Origin: Balanoglossus misakiensis
Taxonomy: Eukaryota; Animalia; Hemichordata
Direction: 5' to 3'
NCBI GenBank assembly: GCA_040954595.2
Contig: CM082593.2
Span: 2,745,434 to 2,809,433 of the forward strand
Length of the DNA: 64,000 bases
Numbering within the stretch: the stretch's first letter is position 1; each line of letters starts with the position of its first letter. Below the pieces are notes generated by a model. It searched no databases and had not been told where the DNA came from. It was given only the letters and a program-made list of their open reading frames with translations. Made by a program: the position numbers and the translations under genes. Below, one piece after another: positions 23,401 through 37,887 of the stretch.

Positions 23401-26400
23401 TAACAAGTCAACAACTATCAAAAGTTGAATATATAGCTTGTCTGCGTGACTTGACTGGATTATGTCATCGATATAAATATCAGATAGTCAGCTCTACTGA
23501 AAATTCAATCGAAATTTTAGATTTCATTTGTCAACTATGGTTGTTATATACATGTACAGGTTATGTTGCTGAGATGAACACTAGGAACTTTCGGCATCTT
23601 TTGGGGAGTAGAACACGAAACTTCAGCAGATACACAGGGAAATCCCTTTCATCAAATTAGGGTATATGTCATGTCTCAAAATGCCTTAAGCAAGTAGCAT
23701 TGTCATAAAGGGTTGGTCCCGTTTTTCCCCAGATTTTCCAATTAATTGATGACTCTTACATGGGGTGTGGGCCGGAATTACTCTTTTGCTATATAAACAT
23801 CAGTCAAGTAGCAAAACAATCAAGACTTCTTCCTTTTTCCACCCAGATTTCCCGAATCAATAATGACCACACAAGAGAGGAGGGGTGTGGGCCAGATCTC
23901 GAAATGCATTAATTTGGGCCCTTCATTGGTCAAGTAGCCACGCCCTCTAGTGTCGTCCCCCTTCCATTTTTTTCAGATTTAAATTTTCTTTGGAAAGACC
24001 GCGCGCAATCGCAACAGTCGGAAGCATCTAACTTCCCGAGTCTTTCAAAACACTCCCAAGGTTGTTCGCCCTTAATCCTTCCTGTGTACTGAGCATGCTC
24101 TCCAAGCTTCCTGCTTCAAATGTGGGAATTACTAAGGTGGTTAAGCTAGAGCCCCCTGTTACCACGGTTACTAATGTGGGATACACAATGCCGAAACCAC
24201 TCAATCCGGCTGTAAGCACCCGCGTAAAAACTTCCGTTACTTCGGGATTAGTTCGGAAGCCAGGGCACACTATCTGGCAATTGAAGTTGGAGAACTAGAT
24301 TCAGAATTACCAAAAATCACATTCTCATTTCAACTTCTCAGCTACACTTTTTTTTATCAGATATCATATGACAAAACTGGCCATGTGTTGTTTTGTCCTG
24401 TGTAACATGAGAATGTCCTGCCAGTATAAACTGCCTAGCCACGCGAGATCTCACAGAGTTCAGAAAATGGTCTATTGATCTGCCATTGTGGAATTTTTCA
24501 GTCAGTTAATGAGTGCTACATTTGAATTCACGAGATGTGTGTCCGTTTAATGCAATCTCAAAATGCATCATCTGTATTGATTAAGACTTGCCCGACAGAT
24601 ATCTCTGGTATTGAGTCCAACTCATTTCAGATGTTGCTAATGACTCGCCTTTCCTGGAAAACATTGAATGTATTACAGGAGTATAATAGATACAGTTAAG
24701 ACTCCTCAGGGTTGCAATCAAAATATAAGCATTTTAACAGTGGGGAGCCCTCATTGAAAAATCGTTTCTGCGAAGAATTCCAAGAAACCTTGCTGGTGAT
24801 CTTATCGACCAAGATGAGGGTGTGTTGTGACTTTTCCGGTTTCAGATTTCAGAGCAATTTCAGGGTTTCAGGGGGGAAAAAAGGACATCAGTGGAGAACA
24901 GAAAATGGACATCAACTGGGAGCTTATTACGTCTGAGCCAGTGGCACCCAAAGCCGCTTTACTAAACTTGCTTTGGTTGCCAATAGAGGGGCGGGGGAGA
25001 TTAGGGAGGGGGACTGGGAGGCGGAGGGGATTAGGGAGGGACTGCTTGAGCATTTCCTAGACGCATGATATAGATCACCACTTTTGTTGTGCGTGTCCAA
25101 CAAAATGCAAACACGGAAAACTGATCAGGCACGTTTCATTCACCTTGCGGAGCTATCTGCACTGAAAGCAGGTCAAACTGCCAGGCCAACACAGTTACAT
25201 CACAGCGAGACCATCTGGGGATGGTGACAAAAAACTATGATGCAGTATCTCATATGACACCGCAAGTTAATCAGAAAGTTCCTTTCCGTTGCATCATATA
25301 TCCCAGACCTCTCTTCAGTGGACAGAAAAATGTTTGAGTTATTAAAAGAGCTTCTGCTCCAGTGTAATTTTTCATAGCACTGTGCAACGATGTCTGGCAA
25401 TTGCGCAGTCGCTGATGACGAGAAGAGAGAAACAGACAATTAAGCAAGATACAGCCAGAGATTTCAGCTCTCTCGGACAAAGCAAAGCAAACAGTTTTCT
25501 CAAAGGAACATTATGTCTGTATTGTGATTCCTTCGTTCTGTCAGCATAGGTACCCAAAACACTCATCTTAACGAAACACTTGAAAAAGATGACAAGGCTA
25601 TCAGCCGATGCGGGCCACCAAGATTTCCGGGTTTTTGGAAAGATTTTGTCTGGAACGTCTTCGTACAAGAAAAGTATTGATCATCCGAATGGGGTCTTCG
25701 CACGATAATATTTGACCCACACCCCTCATACCTGCTCACCCCTACAATAAGAGTGGTATGGTCTATTCAAGCATACACAACACCAGGAATGTTGTCTAAT
25801 GCATGAGGATTATAGGGGGGTGGACAGAACTCAGTGAATGCCACAGATTTGACACAAGTGTGATCTGGGTCTGGCAGAGATCCAAGTGAATTCAGCTGAA
25901 ACATTGAAACTGAATAGATAATGATTAGTAGCAAATACAGTTTGTGAGAAAAAAAACTTATGTTAGATATGAACATTTAGTAAGCATTCTATTTTTAGCA
26001 GCAAACAGGAAATCATGATCAACATAATTAACACAGTTGGGCAATTCTGAATGCGTGGCAATTCTGGACGTGTTTAAAAACTGATGGTGCTGAAGAAGCC
26101 CAAACGATCCTCACCTGGTATGTGCTGTACATGCAAATAATATTTTTATTCTTGGAGAGCCCCAGCTTGCTTCCTTGGTCTGTTGCCATGCCAAACGTTG
26201 CTAGGAAACCAGGCCGCAGCGCCAATTCCGGAGCACTTTCCTTGGCCACTGCAAAGGTTGAAGGATTTGAAGTTCAAGATTACTTCTCAGTAAATTTTCA
26301 AAAATTTGGCCTCGGTACCAATGAAAATTGTCTGGTAATGGAGTGGTTTATTTTTTGGCTTGTATGTATTTTATTGTTGCTCAAGTTTGGTTGAAGCTTG

Positions 26401-28946
26401 CATTTTTTTCCAAGCCCTCCCAGGAAAACAATCTTAACAGAAATCAAGATGCTGCCTCAAGTCCTGTGATTTTGTCTAAACTTTAACATCCAAACTGGTG
26501 TTTAATAATCTCCTGTATAGGGAGAACTATGCCAATCCTTGGCAAAGGCTTGTTTTCAGAAAGAATGTCTTTTTTTGCGGATTACTCCTTTGTTACTCTC
26601 CGAATTCCAAATATTTCACCATTCTTTAGGGACCCCGATCCCACAATTTAACTGAAAAGTGTATTAAAATTCCCCTCTCGCTAAAACTCGCTAATCTTTG
26701 TGATAATCTGCACAAGTTTTTCCACAGTACACAGTTTTGTCCCACCTGCCAATCTTGACACCGAAAAAAATGGCATATTGTCTGCGTTGACTGTTTTCCA
26801 TCATTGTTGGTAAAGATTGAGCGGCCAGCGCACAAGCAGTTAACAAACCACTCCAACAGGTACTGGACATACCTACTTACCACCGATCGCGCACCGCAAG
26901 CCAATTCATCAACAAATTAAACATTGATGCCCCGTTTCCCCATTCAGAATTCACTCGCTATTTTGTCTTCCACAGCAGGGAATCCTTTGCATTAGGATAT
27001 TAGGCATGCGTATGAAGGGCAAAGCAATGCTTTCTTTGTCTCTAATCCCCGGGACCAAAGACAACCCCCCCCCCCCCCCCCATCCTCAATCAACAAGACC
27101 AAGAGTTCCTTCATTTACCTTTGATAACGGGAACACCGTCCCGATCAGAGATCACTATAGCATGGAGACCATCAACCCTGAGTATGGAAGGAAAAAGAAT
27201 AGTGAGAAAAAAATGAATTATCTAGAACTTGTATAATTTAGCTACTGTCACAGTTGATAACTTCGACAACCATATCTGTCAATGATTGGTAATCCCCCTG
27301 CACTTGTACTGAGTGAGGACTGAGTGTTATAGAACCAACATTTACATATATATCCAAATGTAGCCAGTCGCAGCCAATGTCTTCTGAGATCAGTTCAATT
27401 TGACAGTCAATAGGGAGGTCCTTAGTAATGTTCATACTGATCTCGTTCTCTAAATCTATTCTCATGCTAATCAAAAGTGGGCTATTATTGAATTATTAAT
27501 TAAGCAAATTGGTTGCTTGTTATGTAAACAATGCAGACAGTAAAAGGAGCCCCAGTATACATCCTGGCATCTTAGAGGAATTGAGAGTGGAAAAGGGAAA
27601 AGATCTCTTTGGTTTGAAAGGACAGCCTTCAGAGTTAAGCTGATTTTTAGGATGAATTTCGATTGTTAAGCAAATTGTGTTGTTGCTCCAGGTTTTTTTT
27701 TTCGTTTGAAAGTTTCCCCATTGACATCAAGGCTTAGCACGATCAATCAATAAATAACTCGGTATTAGGCAATTAACAAACCATTGGCGGGAGACAGCCT
27801 TTACACAGCACCTCGGCCATCTTTACCCTAGTACCCTAACTACACATCTGACTGAATGCCTAAATATAGGTGCTTCTTTCTGCTGACTGGTTTCATCACA
27901 GCCGACTGCCCTTGCAACATTTTTCTGCGTCGCTTCGATTTACACTGTGCATGCCGTTGATGCTGTGTGCCTCAACAACGCTACAGGGTATTGTCTACCG
28001 GGATTACTTAACAAAGCTTCAAAATCAATCTTGGAAAGCAAAAAAGGTGCGTGGGTGCATCTCACACTTCAGGTGAGTCCAATTTCTCCGAGTGATACGA
28101 TTGTTACTCCATCAGAACAAATAAGCCGGGGGCCATAACTTTTCCCCCTGACTAAAACTGTCTCCGCCCCCTCGCTTTATTCTCCACGTATGTGTGCTTT
28201 CGCTTTATAGTCTTTATTTTCTGAAATACTGGACTTGAACGTGAGTGGTCACGCTGATGTGACAAAACGAGCTTTGACCCCACTTACTTGTTCAACAGTC
28301 GACGAAAGTAGCGATGCAGTTCCTACAAAAGAATCATTAGAGAAGTTGGTATTTAGTTAAACAAAAGGGTTACAAGCGTTCGTTTGTGCAAGTTTGGAAA
28401 CCCGACTTGTTTTGTCGCCTTTTCGGCCAACTATGACACTATTAATACGGGGCATTGTTCCAACATCGCCCGGGGGACACCGTTGCAATACCGTCAATGT
28501 TGTACGTTTCATTCTGAGAGCAGAGAGTCAACGAGAGAAATGTACACGGCGCGTTGCGTTGGACTGTTTACATGTTCAGGACCATGTTTACTTCTTAATG
28601 ACGACTTTTCAGTCGACGCAGCGACATGTTGCGAAAACGAGCAATAGTTTTCCGTTGTCGTCAGCGTAAAAACTTAAACATGTGACTCATTCAATGACAC
28701 GTACAGTCACGAGATGTCGTTTGTCAGGAATCGAATGGGAGGAGTACGTGTACTTGTCGAAGGACGACTCGAAACTGAAGAGATCGAGACGCTGGACGAT
28801 TCCAGGAATCATCAGTGAACTCGCATGGGTTGTACTTGTTTCAAGGAATCGGGTCCGAATCCCCAGATACCATCAAATGAGCGAGATCACGAAATGTAGT
28901 GTTTAGATTGGATTGTACGGAATAGCATACGACTTACCTCCGCCAT
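20450..28946 (-). CDS. LAMTOR3: Ragulator complex protein LAMTOR3 (MP1/MAPKSP1), 124 aa, 6 coding exons
   Basis: Minus-strand exons 28938-28946, 28288-28322, 27119-27177, 26115-26248, 22191-22254, 20450-20523 total 375 nt. Translation: MAEELHRYFRRLLNKVDGLHAIVISDRDGVPVIKVAKESAPELALRPGFLATFGMATDQGSKLGLSKNKNIICMYSTYQVVQFNKLPLVVSLIADSHTNTGVLLNIEEDFDEVLQDLKTAIDVA*. This matches the LAMTOR3 family signature. Confidence 0.96.
23722..23940. repeat. Degenerate two-copy direct repeat (~115-140 bp) in a LAMTOR3 intron
   Basis: CCCAGATTT..TGAC..GGGGTGTGGGCC..GTCAAGTAGC occurs twice in the same order. Confidence 0.6.
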
Positions 28947-29010
28947 TTTGCAACGTAACCTATAGCAGAAGACAACGCCACCTCACGGTGACCCTGTATG
29001 GCAGCTTTTG
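28938..29010 (-). promoter_or_regulatory. LAMTOR3 start region with a YY1-type motif overlapping the ATG
   Basis: The minus strand reads CAAAATGGCGGAG|GTAAGT, in a CpG-rich context. Confidence 0.55.
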
Positions 29011-30187
29011 TTTTTTTAATCTTGGTCCACAAAACGAGTTGTGGGTGTACGCGAGGAGTTCTGGTCCGATTGCAGTTTGAATGTTCTTAAACCCGCCACC
29101 TTATTACTCACTACTTCGTGGCAGAACGAAAGTGGGCTGGGCGAAATGAAAATCTCTTTGGTGAGGGACACTGGCCTCAACTATGGGAGAGTGATCGACA
29201 ACCTCTTGTACGCACTGTACGCTCAGTTGCTATGCGTTTTGGCTGATTTTGTACGACAGGGCTAGCGCAAACATTCGATTGACTAGCCATTGACTAGAGG
29301 GATGGATAGACCATTTCTGGATTGGTCTAACCCATTTAATACTGCACTGGGCTGGTTACTTGTGCCATTTCAAGTGCACACACGCAGAGATCAAACATGA
29401 CAGGTGTACGAAGAAAGTGAAAGTGGGCCGCGGTCAGTTTCTCAGACAGCAGATCACACACAGTCGGTTTACTACACCGGCTGAAACCAGACTTGTCTGC
29501 ATAATCAGTGTTGCTGTCTGACTGCAGAGATACCAAGTCAAAGCGATGATCACAGATAAATCAAAAGAAGTGACGAACTCGCAGGTGGACAATCGGCAGA
29601 TCGAATGCACACATTCCGTGAAAATGCCAAATCGAATGTCGCGCATCAACCCTCAGCCGATATCTCCTAGGGTGAAATGTTATGTTCCGGTCAAAAAAAA
29701 GTCGATATGGCAGCAGGCATGACTGATACTGTGGATGTTAAATTAATACATACACACACATGCACCAACACACACGGTTTTAAGTACTTGTAAGTTGTAT
29801 ACAGAAACCAGTATGTACGCTTCTGTGTGCTGGGTTTTTGGCCATATATCATCTGCTCTTTGAAGTGAATTGTCATTGTTGGGTAACCGCATATCTGAAT
29901 TTATGGTCAGGGTATGTATGTACTGCATGCGAATGTCACCGGCTTGTGTGGGCGTACAGGATGACAGGCAAATATCATTGGGTGCTCGCTGCCATATTCG
30001 ACGGTCACGCAAAGCACAGACCCTACAAACACGTCGCACCTGTGGAATGACGTATGTGAGGCAAACCACCGGCCAAGTCATACACAGGGCTTGACCAATA
30101 TTTATCCGAGGGGGCGTTGACATACTCCCCAGCCTTTTCAGGCTTTGACATGTGGTGGGTAATCTTACAAAGAAAGTTAAACGCCCA

Positions 30188-30241
<54 letters not shown>
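30188..30241 (+). repeat. (GAT)18 microsatellite, possibly the 3' tail of a SINE/LINE
   Basis: Perfect trinucleotide run that starts abruptly after AAAGTTAAACGCCCA. Confidence 0.9.
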
Positions 30242-31659
30242 ACATCCGTGCAACAGAGCACAATATAAAAACGAAAATAATTTTTAATACAAATTGAATA
30301 TAGATGCTACCATTCATGGGTTGTAAAGGTTATTGGTAACGATATCAATTACATGTAGTAATTTTGTTTCGGGGACTAGCCTGCACCTGACAACAAAATG
30401 GGATAGCCCGCAAAAAAAAAAAACTTTGTCAACGAGGCCATTCGAGGGCAGGTCACGGCGAGGCGACGTTTCGTCAGTTTCCCATGACCGGGTTTGCAGA
30501 TCGCCTTTTTGTGGCACGGTCGAAAAACCATGAATGCCCGCAAAAGGTCAAAAACAGCCGTTTGTACAGCGGGCGGTGTTTGTACGCCACATGTGTGAGG
30601 AGTCCTCCAACACTTTGACGCGACACCTTTCATCCGGGATGTTCATCTAGTGTATTGGCCTCCTCTGACGTCATCCGTGTGAAAGTCGGTGGTCAACACG
30701 CGCTCGCCTGAGTCAACTGTGCACTTCTCTCCGAAGCCCAAACGTATTTGTCGGTAAACCCTTCTTCCCAGACACAGAAACCATGTACATATCACCTTAT
30801 CAATCGCGTGGTAGACAACAGGTTCCGATATTTCAATCGTTGCACTCCGGACGAACTTCGAGTTATCGCCGCTAACAAAGAATGGCAAACCGGGTCGCTT
30901 ATCAGCGCTCTGAAATCCTCGCGATTTGATTGGCCACAGAACAGGTGAACACCTCGCGTCGCGTGACAGCGGTCGGTCATGGGCCTCACTGAAGAGATGG
31001 GCAGACAGGTATTTTCCATTCATATGTATAAAAATCGTTGCGTAGAGCTTTTGTCACGTTGCAGAAGCCAGACGACAGCTATTGTGCAGTGACCGATTTC
31101 AGTGTTAATATCCGAATTCTTCCGGGGAAAGTCGAAAAATATGGCCCTGTTCAAAGACAACCGTACCATTCTCAATTTAGTCACTCAGTTACTCTTTCAT
31201 GTAGTAGAATAGAAAAAAAATACTCCAGAAGATTTTTCTATTTGGACATTTCGTGGATTAATTTTTTTGCGTGTAAAATGCCAGCGTGCCTTCTTTTGGT
31301 GGCATCAGACGCTTACAGGCCTTGGCTGGTCGGGGGAGAGTAGAGCGCCGCGCCTGTTCACTCTCACTCGGAGAGCCGAAACACTGGACAGTACCCCCTA
31401 AGCGAGCCACTGCAAGTTAATGTCTTTGATAGGGTGGCTGTCGATAATTGAGATTAAATCCCGACCGCTACGAGTCTGTCCACAGTTTTCATACGTGTGC
31501 AAAGCCTCCACCGCCTCCCAAGTTCCTGGCTAATACTCGACAGCAAAGATCCAAGTAATAGTGGCGAGGACTGCAAATTGCAACGCCTGTTATTGCGGTT
31601 TTACGCTCGGAGCTATCATTAAAAAAAAACTTTTCTTCGGTGTGTTTTGCAGGCAAGGG

Positions 31660-31762
31660 ACACAGGAATAGTGCGTCGACTGGGGACAGCCAAAGTATAC
31701 CGCGTCAGAGCGCCGTGTCGCTGCTGCCGCACAGACCGTCGCAGCTAGCATCTCGTCCGCGG
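31660..31762 (+). other. Putative non-coding first exon of an unidentified + strand gene
   Basis: Very CpG-rich segment ending in a consensus donor, CGG|GTAAGT. It is divergent from LAMTOR3. The start is approximate. Confidence 0.5.
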
Positions 31763-34700
31763 GTAAGTTTGGAATCTTTTTCGCCTGTGTGTTATTCTTG
31801 TTGTGTGATGCGCGAATATCGACACCAAGTCGCTTAATTGCCGCAGCGTTGTGATATCTGTGTCAAGTTTCTCGGGAATAGGAAGGTGCTAGGAAAGACG
31901 AGACCCCAGCCTTGCAAATCCTGCAGCTATATCGCCAAATTACACTGTCTGTTGATCTTTTCCTTGTTCGATCAATCAATTTAGTCTAATCACATGGCTG
32001 GAGGCAAACGCATGTCGACTTCGCATGTACGAGTAATACTGCAGGATAAAGGCGGATTGATTTTTTTCCTGCGATACATGCAACTTTCTTTTAAATCGCT
32101 TAAAGTTTGGAGTACATCTGTCGAAATGTTACAGGTCTGATTAAACAGTAATTTTAAAAGCGGCGACGCACTGAATGGTGTTGGGTTGAAAACAGAAACC
32201 CTCGCGAATGAAGCCCCTTTATTAATATCATAATCGTCAGTCGCAACTAAGTTGTGGCGCTCTGATAAAGTACAGCAATGCGTAAAAGTTTCACCACCTA
32301 GACTTGGCGATTTCATCTCGCTGTCTGCGTGCGCTTGTTTCAGTTGGATGTAGATGCGCGCTGATCATCGCGGTGCTGTGCAACTTTGTGCAGATCCGAG
32401 GGAATTCACCATGACATGCCTGCGCAAGTTGAAAAGTTCGCCGCAGATTGGCATGCCCTTTTCCGCGTGTGAAGTTGTAAATCTCAGCGCGTATTAAACG
32501 ACAGTCAGTTGACTGAGGTGACAGAGAGAAGTCTGTTGTCTGATCTGCCTGGATAAAAAAAAAGAAATATGTATCCAACATTTGTTCGATTGTGGGTTGG
32601 TCGGAATTAAAATTCGCGTATTTTTTTCTCTCTCTCCGGAATCATCACTTGCGCTCAGGCAGACGTCACCCGTTTATCAACACTTTGCTATTCTCAAGAT
32701 AAAACCTGCGTGGTGGCAAATCAGTGTTACAGGGTTTCCTCGCGTGCTTACGACAAAGTCAAAGAAAACATAAACTCCTCTCATCGTTTGTAGTGGCCAA
32801 TTGGGATCATACAGCGGTGTCGGGTTCGTTGTTTTAGTAATCACCACCCATACACCCTGGCCTGGTCTGTCCCGTCCGACCAATCCGGGACGGCGACTGG
32901 CCTGGCTGCAGTGTGTGCAGTGCGGGTTCGCTCGATTTTGGAGGAAATGGTTCCAGTGGCCGTGTTTCTGCGGTTTGCGGACCGAGTTACTTACATATGC
33001 CTTGTCGCATGCCCTAACTATTGGCCCCATGAGAACCAGTAAAACGGCATGACAGGCTACGATTACACATGCGCTAATTCATCAACATTAATGCACTTTC
33101 ATGTCTCGAGTATTGCAGCTGTCATCTTATAAACCGAATGGCTCCGTCTCCCCCATGACCAACGTGGGAATGGAACGGTCTGCCTGCTCCCATGAAACAC
33201 ACTATCCCCCCAAAACTTGTTGGTGGGCCCATGGTTGTCTTTTGTCGATCTAGTATCATACTCGCAGACAGTCTGGCCAGAGTCGACAAGCCCACTGACC
33301 AGTGTCATCAAACGGCGCAATAAACAAATACGACGGGTTTTACATAATTGCCCACAAATAAAAAAAAAGCTGGCAGTAGTAAACCGCGGTTGCGTCGTTC
33401 ATGAATCTTCCGTCAACTCGTAAGATCGTTCCTCGTAAAACCGCGATATGGCCGACGAATTCCTTAAATACCCGATCTCCCAGATAGACCCAGATATTAC
33501 CATCCTGCACGCTCTCCATGGCAACGGATGGTCTCAAATTATCACATAATGGCCGGCCCATGTACTCTTTACTAATTGGAGGAGGAAGGAATCCGCGGCC
33601 ACGGAGCGAACAACAGGCCAATATCTTTCTGTTACCCGGATTAATTGAAAAACCCGAGCTGAACATTTCACTGAAGTATTTAATGAAGTGGACATATCGG
33701 CAATTTGCACAAGAAACGTCCACTCGCTTTCGAGGTCACAAAGAAACTTCTACCGTTCAAAAACAATGCAGACGATAGACTTGAGATGATAGATTTTCCG
33801 CTTGAAGTCACTCGGATAAAATGACAATTTGCCGCGTTGCTATGAAATACCCGAGACCGACATTGCTAGGTCAAACGCTTTTAAGAGTTTAGCGGAACTT
33901 TATCCGAAACGAATCCTCATCATCTGGCATAAAACCAGCAATAAACACAAAAAAAGAAATTAATGATATGAAACGATGTCAATGACAAAAACAGTGTCGA
34001 TGTTTTTAAACTAAGACATAAGCTCCACAGTTCATCGCGTCACGTAACAATTAGCATAACAAAAACACTTTGCCTTAATTAGAGACCAGTGGTATTGAAC
34101 TGGTTCGCAGTGTTCTCAATATTGGATTACGGCACGAATGAAAAAAAGTTACAGTCCATTTAAGGGTGACGAGGGTTAACACCAGCGCAGTAATTGGCTC
34201 GCAATCTCACAAAGTATAATCGTCACCACCTACCAGCCAATCAGGTGCTGGGTCTCATCGGTGCGTGAATTACATAGAGTATTAACTAACTATTGTCCAC
34301 ATTGCTTTTTAAATTTGGAGTACTACAGTACGACCAAAGAGAAGAATCCTTACCAAGGGAATAATTTTAGCGTGTACACATTTAATGATGTTTACCACCT
34401 GATGAAAGTCAATAGGCTGTTGTTTGTTATTTAGTTACTTTTTTCGGAGAAAAAACGTGACGTCATAAGTTGGATTTTAGTGTAAGGCAGTGTTGAGAAA
34501 TTAGGGAACCGATTTTATTCTGGATAAAAAAATAAGGGGGAATTGAATTCCCGCCGGTTTTGTAGGAAATTCCACTACATCCTGCACCCCTCCCCGAAAT
34601 GGTTTTGTCTTCCCTTGTTAACTACCCTGGCGTTGAAAAAAGTAGGTGGACCCAAATACTTCGTTTGGCAGGGAGTGTCTTGATTTTGTCAGGGGAGCAT

Positions 34701-37380
34701 GACGAGCATACCGAACTGTCAACCCCATTCTGTTGTCATGATAACTTTTGTTGCATCACTGTGGTCCAGCCCAATATTTTCATTTCTTTATTTCGAGAAA
34801 ATACTTCAGTTTTGCTTAGTCAGGCGCTCTGACACGAGTGTATTTCGCCTTTATGCTCCAAATTGCCTGGAAAAGCGGTATTTTCTTACACAGTCGACGC
34901 GGTTGGCTGACTCCTGTTTCATAATCATGTAGAACTATTGAACTGTTTTCAATCACGGCTGACCTTGAGTTGACCGTAAGCGCCATGATTAGAGCGAGCC
35001 GTCATCTCCGATCTGCTAGTGGTTTGTCCTGCATGCGGTTTTACACAAATCTAGTTAGCAAGACTGAGACCCCAGTTGTTTTTTGCAGAGCTCAGGGACC
35101 GCAGAAGGCACTGCACTGCTTTGCCGGAAGCAAGCTGTAATTCTCCCTGAGGAAATTGGCCAAAATTACAGTCGCAATCAGGGGATTTGCCCGATCGCGG
35201 CGTCAAATTGAAAATTAGGCCGGAATACTCTATTCCGTGGCATTGAGGTTGGGTGTCCCGTTTTCAGCAATGTGAATTGTGTGACTTTGGACGTGGCGTA
35301 ATTGATGGAACGCCTCACCATGGCAGAATTGATTTCGCCTTTGTGATCTATCGTGATAGGGAATGAGTTTGCGAGTGTTGGCTTGTTAAATGCATCTGTA
35401 GCGTTCAGTTGTGATTTAAATCCACGACGAGCTTTGCGCCACTGAAAGAAAACACTTTGCAGGGATAAGCATTTAATGAAGTGCGCTGTTTACATCATCT
35501 GGGCAAGATGCCAGAAGGATCTTAAATTAAAGAGATCGGGACAATCTTTTATGGGACATGGAAAACAACCAACCAACCAATGCTACCTAAAGCGTGTACG
35601 TACATTCTTAGATATATACATGTAATCAAGCAGTTTGTGAACATTTAGGTATAGGTGCGAGAGAGGGCGATAATTTGATTTTCAGAAACACGGCATTTGA
35701 TAACGTTTAGAACTACAGTGACTGTGCGTGTAACTTGCTATGCGTTCCCATTGCATCACGTGACCCTCGCTTGGTGTCTGGGTAGATCTTGGTATGAATA
35801 GAGATGGATGGGTCTCCTCAGCTTGATAAGGGAGTTAAACCACTAAAAGCCTTTTAAAACCAACAGGACCTATCTGTGGACAAACTTCAACAAAGGCGTT
35901 TGCTTGTTTCCCCATTAAAGGGACAATATCCTCACTTTTCACGTTATTTTGATTCTTTTGAATTCTTATGGCGGATTCATTGTGTTGTTCTGCTCACCGA
36001 AATATGGTGAAACATCGGTTTATACATGTATGTATACGTATGGTGTATACCTATGTGTTCATGTATATGTGCATGAGAATTATTATGGAATGAGAATGGG
36101 GCTGTCCTATTAATATATATAGCTCAGGAACTGGGGTGAATTGTTTTTCTCCCAAGAAGGCAAAAATACTTCGCGTGAATATATACTTTATTTCTGGCAA
36201 TTATGTTCGCCTGGATAACTGTACACACAGAGGAATAAGCATCGTGACATGGCAGTCTAGTGCTTGTGAAATCACACTCCAGGGTTTTCAGTCAGTGACT
36301 AGACTCTCACACCGCATCGCCGGATGATATTGGCTTGCAAGAGAGGCCGCGCCGAAAAACGAATTGCACTTGTTTAAATGCGCCCATTTAGGCTCGAGAT
36401 TAATCAAGAGCGAGACGGGAATGTTCGCCCTTTAAGATGTATCCACTCAGCACAACAAGCTGCCAATATGCGCGTTTCCGACACCATCGCCTAACTGCGC
36501 CTGGAATGTTAGTGCGTTCTCCAAAGGTGTTTTGAGACGCCGACGCATCCGTTTCCATGGGGACGTTTAGAAACGAAGTGGAGCGTGCTCCAAGTTGCGA
36601 AAGGAGCTCCAAATGGGGGGAATGCGACAAGTGAATGGGTTTCGCGCAACCTTCCCATGAACTACAGGAAGATTTAACGACATCCGACATGAGCGCGCTA
36701 CAGTGAGCTCTTTATTCTGTGAGTGCCAGCCTTGGCAGGAATTCCACCGAGGCTCTGTCCTGGTCTTACCGAAATTCCACTCCATCGCTACGGCGTGTGT
36801 CGGTGTATCGGCTGGTGCGATACGTTCCCTGGGCCTCCATAAACGCTTGAACAGTCCAGCTAGCGACACACCTCCCAAACTCGTTAATTCATTTAGCAGC
36901 GGCAGAACACTAATAAACGTCTTGTTGACTTGTGAACACCGTTAACGCTAGAATAGGGGCTGAAAGAAGCGGATTTCACGCAAGAAGTGTAATGCATAAT
37001 TGTACGCCAGTTAGGGGATATCATACAGAAATTTAAACGGCGAAAAAATGCTTTGTTTCCGTCGGCTCCGGCTTTGACGACGAAAGGCCGAAATTGCTTG
37101 TGTTAATCAAACGTGTAACGGCTGTGGTTTCGGTACACGCCACATCTTGCCGACTGCACCGCGCTCCTGCCTTTGTTGTGAGCGCAACTCTGGACAGAAG
37201 CCGCGCAGCCCAGATATTGGAAGCTGGACAAGCTCCTGGAATAAGGCACTGTGTGTGTACACACCATGTCTTGTGTGACCATAGTTGGCAGAGGCCTGTT
37301 ATGGTTGTTCACCTGATTTTGACAAGTGTGTTTTGACGGAAACCACTTCCCGCCGAGGTTCGTGTTGATTTGCTGCGGTG

Positions 37381-37493
37381 GTATAAAAAGAACAGGCAAA
37401 CCTTTTCCAATGAGTCAAATTTGGCTGCTGTACATGAAGTGAGCGAAAAAAAAGATTTACTTCAAAAGGAGAGTGAGAGACGATATAATCGTG
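37381..37493 (+). promoter_or_regulatory. Putative TATA promoter and short alternative first exon
   Basis: TATAAAAAG at 37382, AP-1 site TGAGTCA at 37411, and a consensus donor GTG|GTAAGT at 37493/37494. Confidence 0.4.
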
Positions 37494-37805
37494 GTAAGTC
37501 GCACTCTTTTAAAATATGCGTGGCCGGACCTCTGCTATAATTTGCAAGGCCTTCAACCAATATGTTTACAACTCACCGTTGTCTTCCAATTGTTCCGTTG
37601 CTTGTAATATCGATCTCTAAGTGAATCGAGTTTTGTCCCAGAAAAGCAATACGCGCTCGTATTCTTCAAAGTAGAAACATAACCTGGGCACTAACCTCTG
37701 GTTACTGAATGGCGAGACCATTGTCCGTCTTTGAACTCGGACACAGTGTCTGCGTGCGTACCTTCCTTAGGCCTTGGTGTATTCCATCAATAAGTAAGCT
37801 GATCG

Positions 37806-37832
37806 CTCAATCGCTCAATCAATCGCTTAAGC

Positions 37833-37869
<37 letters not shown>

Positions 37870-37887
37870 GTTAATCAACCAACCAAT
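37806..37887. repeat. (TCAA)n microsatellite, degenerate at its edges
   Basis: Direct inspection. Confidence 0.85.

Noticed and set aside
24028-25668. Short ORFs in the long LAMTOR3 intron as a nested gene or transposase
   Set aside because: No recognisable motif or coherent exon chain. They may be TE debris, but I cannot support a call.
29743-30261. 172-aa poly-Ser ORF (longest in the track)
   Set aside because: Its length is inflated by the (GAT)n microsatellite, it has a non-ATG start, and it shows no homology.
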